From Terriglobia bacterium (lineage in GTDB: Bacteria; Acidobacteriota; Polarisedimenticolia; Polarisedimenticolales; CAVOVZ01): 64,000 nt of DNA. Under the pieces are notes generated by a model. The model worked only from the letters and a program-made list of their open reading frames with translations, did not search any database and was not told the origin of the DNA. A program made the translations under genes and the position numbers. The DNA lies in the NCBI GenBank assembly GCA_963699985.1, contig CAVOVZ010000013.1:327852-391851 (forward strand), given 5' to 3'. Below, in pieces: positions 9,500 through 16,966 of this stretch (position 1 is the first letter of the stretch; the number at the start of each line of letters is the position of its first letter).

Positions 9500-10603
9500 A
9501 TGCACCGATTCCCCGCGCTGACGAACCTGTACGGACTCGACCGAGAGCAGATCGCGGCGACCATCGCGCCACATGGGTGTCGTCCGTACGACGGGGGACA
9601 GATCTACCGCTCCATGTACGGCCGCGGGCAGCTCGACCTGGAACGATGGACCGACCTCCCGCGATCGCTCCGCGCGCGGCTGGCCGCCTCGGTTCGCGTG
9701 GACCCGGGCCGGATCGGTGCCCGGGCCGAGGCCGGGGACGGCACGGTGAAGTACCGGATGGATCTGCCGGACGGCGGGAGCGTCGAAACCGTCTTCATGG
9801 TCGACGGAGGGCGCCACACCCTGTGCGTGTCGAGTCAGGTGGGGTGCGCCCTCGACTGCGACTTCTGCCTCACCGCGAAGATGGGACTGGTGCGCCACTT
9901 GGGGCCGGGAGAGATCGTCGGCCAGGTGGCGCGGATCCGCGAGGACCGCGGCCTCACCGGCGCGCCGCTCAACGTGGTGTTCATGGGGATGGGCGAGCCC
10001 CTCCACAACTACGACGCCGTGATGGCCGCCGTACGGATCCTCACCGACCCGGCAGGGTTCGCTCTGTCGCGCCGGCGTATCACGGTATCCACGGCGGGCC
10101 TCGCACCTGCCATCGAGAGGTTGGCGAGGGAGGCGGTGCGTCCTCGTCTCGCGGTTTCACTCAACGCCACCACGGACGTCGTTCGCGACCGACTCATGCC
10201 CGTGAATCGACGCTATCCGATGGCGCGTCTCCTCCAGGCGCTGCGCCGCTTCGCGGCCGACTCGCAGGAGCGGTTCACCTTCGAGTACGTTCTGCTCCAC
10301 CAGGTCAACGACACCGACGGGGACGTGCAGCGACTGGGCCGTATCGTCCGGGGGCTTCCCGCAAAGCTCAACCTGATCCCGTTCAACCCGGTTCCAGGCT
10401 GGCTCCCCTACCTGCCGCCGCCCCGAAAACGGGTCATCGAGATTCGCGATCGCCTCCTCGCGGAGCAGGTCGCGGTGAGTGTCCGCTTCAGCCACGGGGC
10501 CGAGGCGCGTGCCGCTTGCGGCCAGCTCGCCGTCCTTCCCGGAGAGGCCGGCTCGGGAATCGAGGCCGGCGCAACGCGACCGTCGGCGCAGAGGGGTCGA
10601 TGA
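9500..10603 (+). CDS. rlmN: 23S rRNA/tRNA (adenine-C2)-methyltransferase, radical SAM
   Basis: ATG 9500 within ORF 9062-10603. Contains ...YRSMYGRG..., the radical-SAM cluster motif CVSSQVGCALDCDFCLT, ...VFMGMGEPLHNY... and ...NLIPFNPVPG. Confidence 0.9.
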   Translation: MHRFPALTNLYGLDREQIAATIAPHGCRPYDGGQIYRSMYGRGQLDLERWTDLPRSLRARLAASVRVDPGRIGARAEAGDGTVKYRMDLPDGGSVETVFMVDGGRHTLCVSSQVGCALDCDFCLTAKMGLVRHLGPGEIVGQVARIREDRGLTGAPLNVVFMGMGEPLHNYDAVMAAVRILTDPAGFALSRRRITVSTAGLAPAIERLAREAVRPRLAVSLNATTDVVRDRLMPVNRRYPMARLLQALRRFAADSQERFTFEYVLLHQVNDTDGDVQRLGRIVRGLPAKLNLIPFNPVPGWLPYLPPPRKRVIEIRDRLLAEQVAVSVRFSHGAEARAACGQLAVLPGEAGSGIEAGATRPSAQRGR

Positions 10604-10926
10604 TCGATCTTCGTGGACGCGCGGCTCCGGTCACGGGAGGCTCGCGGGGCATCGGGAGAGCGTGCTGCGAGCTCCTCGGGCGGGCCGGGACGAGGCTCGC
10701 GGTGAACTACCGGGCCGAAGCGGTCGCTGCCACGCGGGTCGTGGAGGCGATCCGGGCGGCGGGTGGGAACGCGTTCGAGCTGCGAGCCGACCTGTCGCGG
10801 CGCGAGGACGCCGACGCGCTCGTCGCCGAGGCCGCGGCGCGGCGCGGCGGACTCCGCTGCGCGATCAGGGGAGAAGATTCGCGAGGAACTCCGAGTTCGT
10901 GGGATGGCGGGCGATCCGCTCCGTGA
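10600..10926 (+). pseudogene. Truncated short-chain dehydrogenase/reductase (N-terminal Rossmann fragment only)
   Basis: ATG 10600 overlaps the rlmN stop (ATGA). MIDLRGRAAPVTGGSRGIGRA...NYRAEAVAATRVVEAIRAAGGNAFELRADLSRREDADALVAEAAARRGGL is an SDR N-terminus. The frame then degenerates and stops at codon 108 inside the 3' end of convergent rho. Confidence 0.5.
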
Positions 10927-12106
10927 GAAGCTGCATCGCCTCGGCCGGCTTCAGGGGGGCGAGCGCGCGCCGGAGGAGGGTCACCCGAGGAAACTCCTCG
11001 GGCGCGTAGAGCTTCTCCTCCTTCCGCGTTCCGGTCTGGGAGATGTCGATGGCAGGGAAGATCCGTCGATCGAACAGGTTCCGGTTCATTACGATCTCGG
11101 TGTTTCCCGTCCCCTTGAACTCCTGGAAGATCACCTCGTCCATCCGAGACCCCGTGTCCACCAGCGCCGTCCCGATCACCGTGAGGGAGCCTCCGGTGGT
11201 CGCCTTCCTCGCCGCGCCGAAGAAGCGCCGGGGCTTCTCCATGGTTCTCGCGTCGATTCCCCCCGACAGGACGCGGCCCGACCCCTTCTGCTCCGAGTTG
11301 TAGGCGCGGGACAGCCGCGTGATCGAGTCGAGCAGGACGACGACGTCGCCGCCGCATTCGACGAGCCGTTTCGCGCGCTCGAGGACGATCTCGGCCACCT
11401 GAACGTGGTTCCGGGCCAGCTCGTCCGAGGAGGACGCGATCACCTCCCCGCGCACCGATCGCCGCATGTCGGTGACCTCCTCGGGCCGCTCGTCCACGAG
11501 GAGAACGATCAGGTGGATCTCCTTGTGGTTCTCGCTGATCGAATGGGCGATCTTCTGGAGAAGGACCGTCTTACCGGCCTTGGGCGGCGCGACGATGAGG
11601 CAGCGCTGACCCTTGCCGATGGGCGCGATCAGGTCCACGACGCGCGTGGAGATCTCCGAGGGGTCCAGCTCGAGGCGGATGCGCTCGGTGGGATCCTCGG
11701 CGACCAGGTTCTTGAACGGGGTCCTTCGCGCCCAGGAAGCGAGGTCGCCGCCGTTGATCTCGCGGATCTCGGCGAGGACCGGCGCCCTCCCGCGAGCGAA
11801 TCCGATCCCTCGCAGCTCCACTCCCGTCTCGAGGCCGTGCTGCTGGATCAGCTCTCGCGGCACGATGGGATCCGACGGATCCGCGTTGTAATCCGAGCGC
11901 GGCGAGCGGAGAAACCCTTGTCCGGCCGGAACCACTTGGAGTACCCCGACGATCTCGAGGGACTCCGCAGCGCGTTGGGGAGTCTGCGTGACCGCCCCCG
12001 CGACCGCGACGGGAGCGCGCCCGTTCGCGGTCGGGGGACGGTGCCCTCGACTTCGTCGCCCTCGACGCCGACGCCTCGGTCCGAACCCGTCACGATCCTG
12101 CTGCAT
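10865..12106 (-). CDS. rho: Transcription termination factor Rho (atypical Arg-rich N-terminus)
   Basis: ATG 12106 within ORF 10865-12247. Contains ...GQGFLRSPRSDY..., Walker A VAPPKAGKTVLLQKIA, ...LLVDERPEEVTDM..., ...VVLLDSITRLSRAYN..., ...SLTVIGTALVDTGSRMDEVIFQEFKGTGN...FPAIDISQTGTRKEE. Confidence 0.9.
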   Translation of the reverse strand: MQQDRDGFGPRRRRRGRRSRGHRPPTANGRAPVAVAGAVTQTPQRAAESLEIVGVLQVVPAGQGFLRSPRSDYNADPSDPIVPRELIQQHGLETGVELRGIGFARGRAPVLAEIREINGGDLASWARRTPFKNLVAEDPTERIRLELDPSEISTRVVDLIAPIGKGQRCLIVAPPKAGKTVLLQKIAHSISENHKEIHLIVLLVDERPEEVTDMRRSVRGEVIASSSDELARNHVQVAEIVLERAKRLVECGGDVVVLLDSITRLSRAYNSEQKGSGRVLSGGIDARTMEKPRRFFGAARKATTGGSLTVIGTALVDTGSRMDEVIFQEFKGTGNTEIVMNRNLFDRRIFPAIDISQTGTRKEEKLYAPEEFPRVTLLRRALAPLKPAEAMQLLTERIARHPTNSEFLANLLP

Positions 12107-12689
12107 TCCGTCCCTTCCTCGGCGGTCCCGCCGATCCGACCGCGCGGAACTGCATCGGGGAATCGGCGCCGCTCCCCTCGCCGTCGAGGATTTCGGCTGC
12201 GAACACGATGAGCACCGGCTCCGCCCCTGCCAGCAGCGAGCCGGCAAGGGTGGGAACGAATCGCCATCCCCGCGTCACCGGGCGAGCCTCGAAGAACGCG
12301 CCCGGCGAATCCCAGTCGGCGAGCCCGTACGACGCCGTCCGTGTCCCTCGGGAGACGATCCGGAACAGGCGGCCGTCCTCTCGCAATATCGACGTCCCCG
12401 CCACTCCCATCCGCCCTCCAGGAGGTCGCGAGGACCGGGCTACCTCCTCGCCGTCGCCCGCGATCCCGTGGCGAAGCACGTAGCCGTCGCCTTGATCGAC
12501 CACCCGAATCAGGTGGAGCGGATCCGAGCCCTTCCCCGTCACCACGAGACCGTGTAGGCCGGGCTCAGCCTTCCATTCTCGTCCGCCGGACTCGGCGAGA
12601 ACGAATCCGCCTCGCGCGCGGCGAGTGAGAACCAGCGACGATTCCCGAGAGCCGGAGCCCACACGCCCACGTGAGCGACCGTCCGGCAT
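12090..12689 (-). CDS. Hypothetical protein (beta-rich, no family recognised)
   Basis: ATG 12689 lies 1 nt after the stop of the upstream HEAT gene, and the 3' end overlaps the rho start by 17 nt (operon-like packing). Ordinary composition (…LHLIRVVDQGDGYVLRHGIAGDGEEV…GRLFRIVSRGTRTASYGLADWDSPGAFFEARPVTRGWRFV…). Confidence 0.5.
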   Translation of the reverse strand: MPDGRSRGRVGSGSRESSLVLTRRARGGFVLAESGGREWKAEPGLHGLVVTGKGSDPLHLIRVVDQGDGYVLRHGIAGDGEEVARSSRPPGGRMGVAGTSILREDGRLFRIVSRGTRTASYGLADWDSPGAFFEARPVTRGWRFVPTLAGSLLAGAEPVLIVFAAEILDGEGSGADSPMQFRAVGSAGPPRKGRNAAGS

Positions 12690-12690
12690 G

Positions 12691-13734
12691 TCACCTTACT
12701 CCGCCGGAGTACGCGGAAACGAGGACCGCAGCGACTCGGGGACGGGTCGCAAGCCGCGCACCGTCGGGAACGAGCCGGGGAATATACACCCGATCGGAGC
12801 CAGACGCGATGCACAGCGTCGCCGTCGCGAACCGCTCCGGGCTCGCTCCCTCATGCTCGGCCTCCCTCGATCGAGGAGAGCCCGGAGGATACTCGGACGG
12901 CGGCTCCTGGGGCACGGGCTGGTCCTCCGCCGCGGGCTCGACGGTCGGGGGTCTCGCCTCCGCCCCCCCGGACTCGAGCGGTCCGCTCCGGAGCCGCTTC
13001 AGCGCCAACGAAGCCGTCGCCCGCACGAATTCGTTGGGGTCGTCACGTGCTGCCTCGAGCGCACCGAGCGCTTCGGTCCGACGCGACAGGCCGAGTGCAC
13101 GAACCGCATGCACCCGGATCTCCCACTCCGGGTCGTCGAGCACCATCCGGGCCAACGTGCCGACCGCTGCAGCGGGGTCGAGGCTCCCCAGAGCCCTGAC
13201 CGCGGCCAGCCTCACTCCGCTCACCGGATCCTCGAGGGCGGCGTTGAGCGCGGAGATCGCGTCCGGTCCCCCCAGCGTTTCGAGAGCCTCCACCGCCCGC
13301 TGGCGCGCGTGCCAATCGGGGTCCGATGCCAGGAGCTCCACCAGCTGCGCGACGTCCCGTCGCGTGCCGACGCTTCCCAGGCTCTTCGCGGCCATCGCGC
13401 GAACGAACCCGTCCGGGTCGGAAAGTGCCGCCTTCGCGATTTCCGCGGCGTCCGGAACCGCGATCGCCACGAGGGCGTGGAGGGCGGTGGCTCTCACGTC
13501 GCGATCCGTGTCGGTCAGCAGCGACCGGATTTTCGCCACATTGCGAGGCGTCGGCTCCCCCTTCCAGGCATAGATCCGGGCGATGCGATCCTGGGGCTCG
13601 CTGGCGCAGCCTGCCGCCAGCGCCAGAAGAGCCGACAGCGCCGCCCTCGCCGCAAGCCGTCTCCCCGGACTACCGCCAGACCATTCAGGCGCACAGCGAG
13701 GACCGCTCACGTTCCAGCGAGAATCTCGTTGCAT
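12691..13734 (-). CDS. HEAT-repeat lipoprotein
   Basis: ATG 13734 (alternative TTG 13800). Lipobox ALLALAAGC. Tandem HEAT/PBS-lyase-like repeats (DRDVRATALHAL..., DPDGFVRAMAAKSLG..., DPDWHARQRAVEAL..., DPVSGVRLAAVRALG..., DPEWEIRVHAVRALG..., DPNEFVRATASLAL). Confidence 0.75.
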   Translation of the reverse strand: MQRDSRWNVSGPRCAPEWSGGSPGRRLAARAALSALLALAAGCASEPQDRIARIYAWKGEPTPRNVAKIRSLLTDTDRDVRATALHALVAIAVPDAAEIAKAALSDPDGFVRAMAAKSLGSVGTRRDVAQLVELLASDPDWHARQRAVEALETLGGPDAISALNAALEDPVSGVRLAAVRALGSLDPAAAVGTLARMVLDDPEWEIRVHAVRALGLSRRTEALGALEAARDDPNEFVRATASLALKRLRSGPLESGGAEARPPTVEPAAEDQPVPQEPPSEYPPGSPRSREAEHEGASPERFATATLCIASGSDRVYIPRLVPDGARLATRPRVAAVLVSAYSGGVR

Positions 13735-13926
13735 TCTCCCTTTCACCTCCGTACCAGTACCGTTGCGAGGGGCGTGATCCAGGGCATTCCTGCGACGCAA
13801 CCACGAGGTGACTGCTCCGCGCCGGACCGCAATCGCCCCTCCCGGGCCGGCGCGGTGCTCCTCCTCCTCGCCGCCGGCAGCGCGTCGCGACGCCGAGGCG
13901 GTCCAAGAGGCAGCCGATACATCTCT

Positions 13927-14667
13927 TCAGCGTGCGCGCAGCACCCGCGCGCCGATGTACCGCTGGGCCGCATCCACCGCCGTCCGAAGGTCCTCACCTC
14001 GGGCGAGATGCGCGGCGAGGGCCGCGGGATGCGCGCCGGAGAGCCCGGCAACGCGAGGTCCCGGCATCCTCGGCGCGTCGAACACCGACACTTTCCCCTC
14101 GTCGTCGAGAACGTCGATCACCCGGCCGCGCCAGGCGGCCGCCACCAACAGCGCCGCTCGCGCGCCGTGGGAGCGAATCACCGCGGCGGCCCGCAGGAGG
14201 CTCTCCACGTCGTCCACCGATCCGATACCGGCCACGGGAAAATCCGCCGCGCGCAACACGACGACTCGAGCCAGCGGATAGAGCGCGGAGCGGATCGCCC
14301 GCGAAACATCCTCCCCCTGCACCGTTGCGCCGCCCACACGGAACGCCGGAGCGAGGACGAGATTCCGAATGTCGAAATCCCGGATCATCTCCGCGATCCG
14401 CTCCGCCTGCTCGCGATCGCGAAGGATGCCCACCCTGGTCGCGGACGGCCGACCGTCTCGCATGGCGGCCTCGATCTGCTGCCCCAGGTTCCCGAGCGAC
14501 ACGCCCTCCAGGACCGCGCCCCCTTCCAGCCCGAGAACCAGAACGGTCGTCACGACATACCGGACGCGACACGCCAGATCCCTGCACACCGCAGCGTCGA
14601 CAACGATGCCTTCCTCTCCGGAGGTTTCCGCGGCATTGACGGATAGAACGGCCGGTCTGCGATTCAC
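13927..14667 (-). CDS. ThiD/PfkB-fold protein, divergent hydroxymethylpyrimidine kinase homologue
   Basis: GTG 14667 within ORF 13927-14811. Colinear by eye with E. coli ThiD (VLSVNAAETSGEEGIVVDAAV... vs ALTIAGTDPSGGAGIQADLKT...; ...ATRVGILRD... vs ...TTKIGMLAE...). The nucleotide/anion-hole motifs are degenerate. Confidence 0.6.
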   Translation of the reverse strand: MNRRPAVLSVNAAETSGEEGIVVDAAVCRDLACRVRYVVTTVLVLGLEGGAVLEGVSLGNLGQQIEAAMRDGRPSATRVGILRDREQAERIAEMIRDFDIRNLVLAPAFRVGGATVQGEDVSRAIRSALYPLARVVVLRAADFPVAGIGSVDDVESLLRAAAVIRSHGARAALLVAAAWRGRVIDVLDDEGKVSVFDAPRMPGPRVAGLSGAHPAALAAHLARGEDLRTAVDAAQRYIGARVLRAR

Positions 14668-14722
14668 GACGGAGGGCCTCCGCGGCGGGGCGCCCTGCCC
14701 GGAACCACCCCCGACCCGCGGA

Positions 14723-15016
14723 TCAAGACTCGCGGACCCCGCGGCGGTCGCGAAACGACCGCACCAGATCCCCGGCTTCTTGACTCGCCGCGATGAGATC
14801 GAGCGAACCAAGGCCGCTCACGACGCCGCGCGCCCAGCCGCTTCGAACCCAAGGTCCGAGCGCCGTCAGCGCGAGCAGCGCGCTCGCCTGCTCCCAAACC
14901 GGCGTCCAGGGGATCGCCACGAGGAAGATCCCGAGCACGGAGAGAACGTATACGTTGAAAACGAGTTGGATGCGCGGCACCCCGTGACCTCCGTCGGAGG
15001 AGCGAGAGTGTACCAC
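14723..15016 (-). CDS. Small hypothetical membrane protein (about 2 TM)
   Basis: GTG 15016. Hydrophobic helices IQLVFNVYVLSVLGIFLVAIPW and ALLALTALGPWV. Same strand as its neighbours. Confidence 0.4.
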   Translation of the reverse strand: MVHSRSSDGGHGVPRIQLVFNVYVLSVLGIFLVAIPWTPVWEQASALLALTALGPWVRSGWARGVVSGLGSLDLIAASQEAGDLVRSFRDRRGVRES

Positions 15017-15058
15017 CCGTCCGCGCGACCCTGCCCGGACGGACGATTCGGAGATGGT

Positions 15059-15102
15059 GGACCGTCTCCCATGAAGCCCCGGGGCATCATGGGAGACGGT
15101 CC
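15059..15102. repeat. 44-nt near-perfect palindrome (16-bp perfect arms, 12-nt spacer that is itself palindromic)
   Basis: ggaccgtctcccatga-agccccggggca-tcatgggagacggtcc. The arms are exact reverse complements. It lies 43 nt upstream of the 15016 start codon. Confidence 0.9.
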
Positions 15103-15190
15103 TCCGATCTCGTCTCTGTTGCCGGCGGGAAGGAGGACGAATCTCCGATCGCGGATCGGGCCTGCCTTTCGAGAAACAGATGCTCGGGGG

Positions 15191-15405
15191 CTTCGCCCCC
15201 GAACCCCCAACTCCGCCCTCCGCGACGCCGGCGGACCGGCATCGCTCCGGTTGGGCTCGTTTCTTCCCGTGGTGTCGAGAGAACGCCCGTGAGGCTGCTT
15301 CGCCCCCGAACCCCCAACTCCCGCCCTCCGCGACGCCGGCGGACCGGCATCGCTCCGGTTGGGCTCGTTTCTTCCCGAGGTGTCGAGAGAACGCCCGTGA
15401 GGCTG
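15191..15405. repeat. Tandem direct repeat, 2 units of 107/108 nt
   Basis: Unit 1 is 15191-15297 and unit 2 is 15298-15405. They differ by one 1-nt indel (aactccgccc vs aactcccgccc) and one substitution (cccgtggtg vs cccgaggtg). The repeat is intergenic between two minus-strand genes. Confidence 0.95.
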
Positions 15406-15514
15406 CTTGAAATGGTATCCCTTCCGGTCTGCCCGGAGCTTCCTGCCGAATCTCTCGCGCGGGTCGTCGACGGGATTCGCGCCTTCTACGCCGGCCGCTG
15501 AAGCCGGACGGGGC

Positions 15515-16045
15515 TCATTTCGATGGGCTGGCGGGCGTCTCGTCGTCGGTGACTGCATCGACCGCGGTGAAGATCACCCCAGCGCCGACCACGAGGCCGA
15601 CCAGGGCGAAGATCTTCTGGTTGCGGGTCTGCCGCGCCCACCAACTGTCCGACTTCGGCCCGATCAAGGCCGGCGCGAGGCGGCCGTCGCCGGAATCGCG
15701 CACGAGTTTCACGACTCGCTGCGCCGTGGATCCGGAGCGAACCTCGGCGCCGGGGCCCAGCACCGGAGCGAGCCGGCCGGCAGCGTCCTCGACGGCCAGA
15801 CGGTACGACCCGGGAGCGAGCGAGGCGAATCGATACGCACCGTTCTCCGCGACGCCGGTGCGCGCCACGAGATCTCCGCTGCGGTCGAGGAGGAGCATTA
15901 CGTTTCCTGCCGCGAACGTGCCGTCCCCGACGACCAACCGCCCCTCGAGAGCGCCGTTGTCCCCTGCGCTCGCAGGGATCGGAGGACCTGCCACGACCAC
16001 CGCCGATGCGAGAATCGCGGCCAAGATCCGATGGTTCGGTGCCAT
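15515..16045 (-). CDS. Secreted CarboxypepD_reg-like protein with C-terminal WW/TM/acidic-PASPS module (paralogue A)
   Basis: Signal peptide MAPNHRILAAILASAVVVAGPPIPASA-GD. Beta-sandwich pattern LEGRLVV.DG...AGNVMLLLD...TGVAENGAYRFASLAPGSYRLAV. C-terminus SDSWWARQTRNQKIFALVGLVVGAGVIFTAVDAVTDDETPASPSK*. Confidence 0.8.
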   Translation of the reverse strand: MAPNHRILAAILASAVVVAGPPIPASAGDNGALEGRLVVGDGTFAAGNVMLLLDRSGDLVARTGVAENGAYRFASLAPGSYRLAVEDAAGRLAPVLGPGAEVRSGSTAQRVVKLVRDSGDGRLAPALIGPKSDSWWARQTRNQKIFALVGLVVGAGVIFTAVDAVTDDETPASPSK

Positions 16046-16121
16046 GAGTCCTCCGCCTTGCGGGAGGTCGTCCCGCTCAGAAACCGATGATCACCCAGAT
16101 AAGCCCACTCTATGGCATCCG

Positions 16122-16733
16122 TCAAGTGCGAGTCGGCGGAGGCATACCGGGTGGATTCGGCGCTTCGGTGGTGTCGAAGATCTCGGACCTCCGGAAGATC
16201 GGGTAGAACGGCCAGCCGGACAGCCGCTGGCTCCCCCCTTCCTCGCGATCCACCAGACACACCACCGCCACCACGTCCAGGCCCGCCGCGACCGATGCCT
16301 CGATCGCCCGCAGCGTCGATTCCGCCGTGGTCACCACATCGTCCACCACGACCACCTTCGTGCCGGGCTCGGGCGCACCCTCGATCGCGCGGCCGGTCCC
16401 GTGCCCCTTCGCGTCCTTCCGAACGATGAACGCTCGCATCGGCGGACCCTCCAGATGGCTCAGCGCCGCCACCGGGCAGACGATCGGGTCGGCCCCCAGG
16501 GTCATCCCTCCGATCGCGGTAGCCCCGATGCCGTGCTCTCGGATCACGTGCAGGACCTCCTGGGCGGTCAGGAAGGCCCCCTCCGGAAGGAGAGTCGTCC
16601 GCTTCGAATCGAAGTAGAAGCTGCTCTTCCTGCCAGACGCGAGCGTGAAGTCCCCGAACAGGAGAGAATTCCGCTTCAGCAATTCGCGCAGGCGTTCTCG
16701 ATTACGTTCCACGATGCCCCTCCTTGCTCGCAC
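16122..16733 (-). CDS. pyrE: Orotate phosphoribosyltransferase
   Basis: Contains ...LLFGDFTLASGRKSSFYFDSK... and the PRPP-binding motif KVVVVDDVVTTAESTLRAIE. Length is about 200 aa. Confidence 0.9.
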   Translation of the reverse strand: MRARRGIVERNRERLRELLKRNSLLFGDFTLASGRKSSFYFDSKRTTLLPEGAFLTAQEVLHVIREHGIGATAIGGMTLGADPIVCPVAALSHLEGPPMRAFIVRKDAKGHGTGRAIEGAPEPGTKVVVVDDVVTTAESTLRAIEASVAAGLDVVAVVCLVDREEGGSQRLSGWPFYPIFRRSEIFDTTEAPNPPGMPPPTRT

Positions 16734-16816
16734 GAGCTTGGTTCGGACCCGGGGGAATCAGAGACGGCATCCGAGGTTCGCGAGATCGCCGGTCCTTCGA
16801 TCCACACGCCGGTTGC

Positions 16817-16846
16817 CGAGTTTCGGTTGCCGTCCCCGATTTACCG
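16817..16846 (+). promoter_or_regulatory. Solo copy of the 24.1-kb inverted-repeat core motif (candidate cis-element)
   Basis: cgagtttcggttgccgtccccgatttaccg matches the right arm at 24101-24130 (cgagtttcggttgctgtccccgaattcccg) at 27 of 30 positions. It lies 35 nt upstream of the predicted -35 for paralogue B / wzc-1. Confidence 0.45.
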
Positions 16847-16880
16847 TACTTTCGTGTCGGCCGTGGGGTCGACGGGCCTC

Positions 16881-16910
16881 TTGACCCTGGGAGCATTAGA
16901 TTACTATCAT
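16881..16910 (+). promoter_or_regulatory. Sigma70-like promoter candidate (TTGACC-N18-TATCAT)
   Basis: Hexamers at 16881-16886 and 16905-16910 sit in a locally AT-rich patch, about 55 nt upstream of ATG 16967, which has a GGAGG SD. Confidence 0.4.
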
Positions 16911-16966
16911 TTCCGTGGTTTCCGCGCGCGACAGGTCGTTTCGCGTCCGGATGGGAGGTACGTTCG

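Noticed and set aside
14866-15558. 230-aa minus-strand ORF running through the tandem repeat (repeated peptide KQPHGRSLDT.GRNEPNRSDAGPPASRRA)
   Set aside because: The peptide repeat is simply a consequence of the DNA repeat. The composition is non-protein-like, there is no SD or start context, and all three frames are open here.
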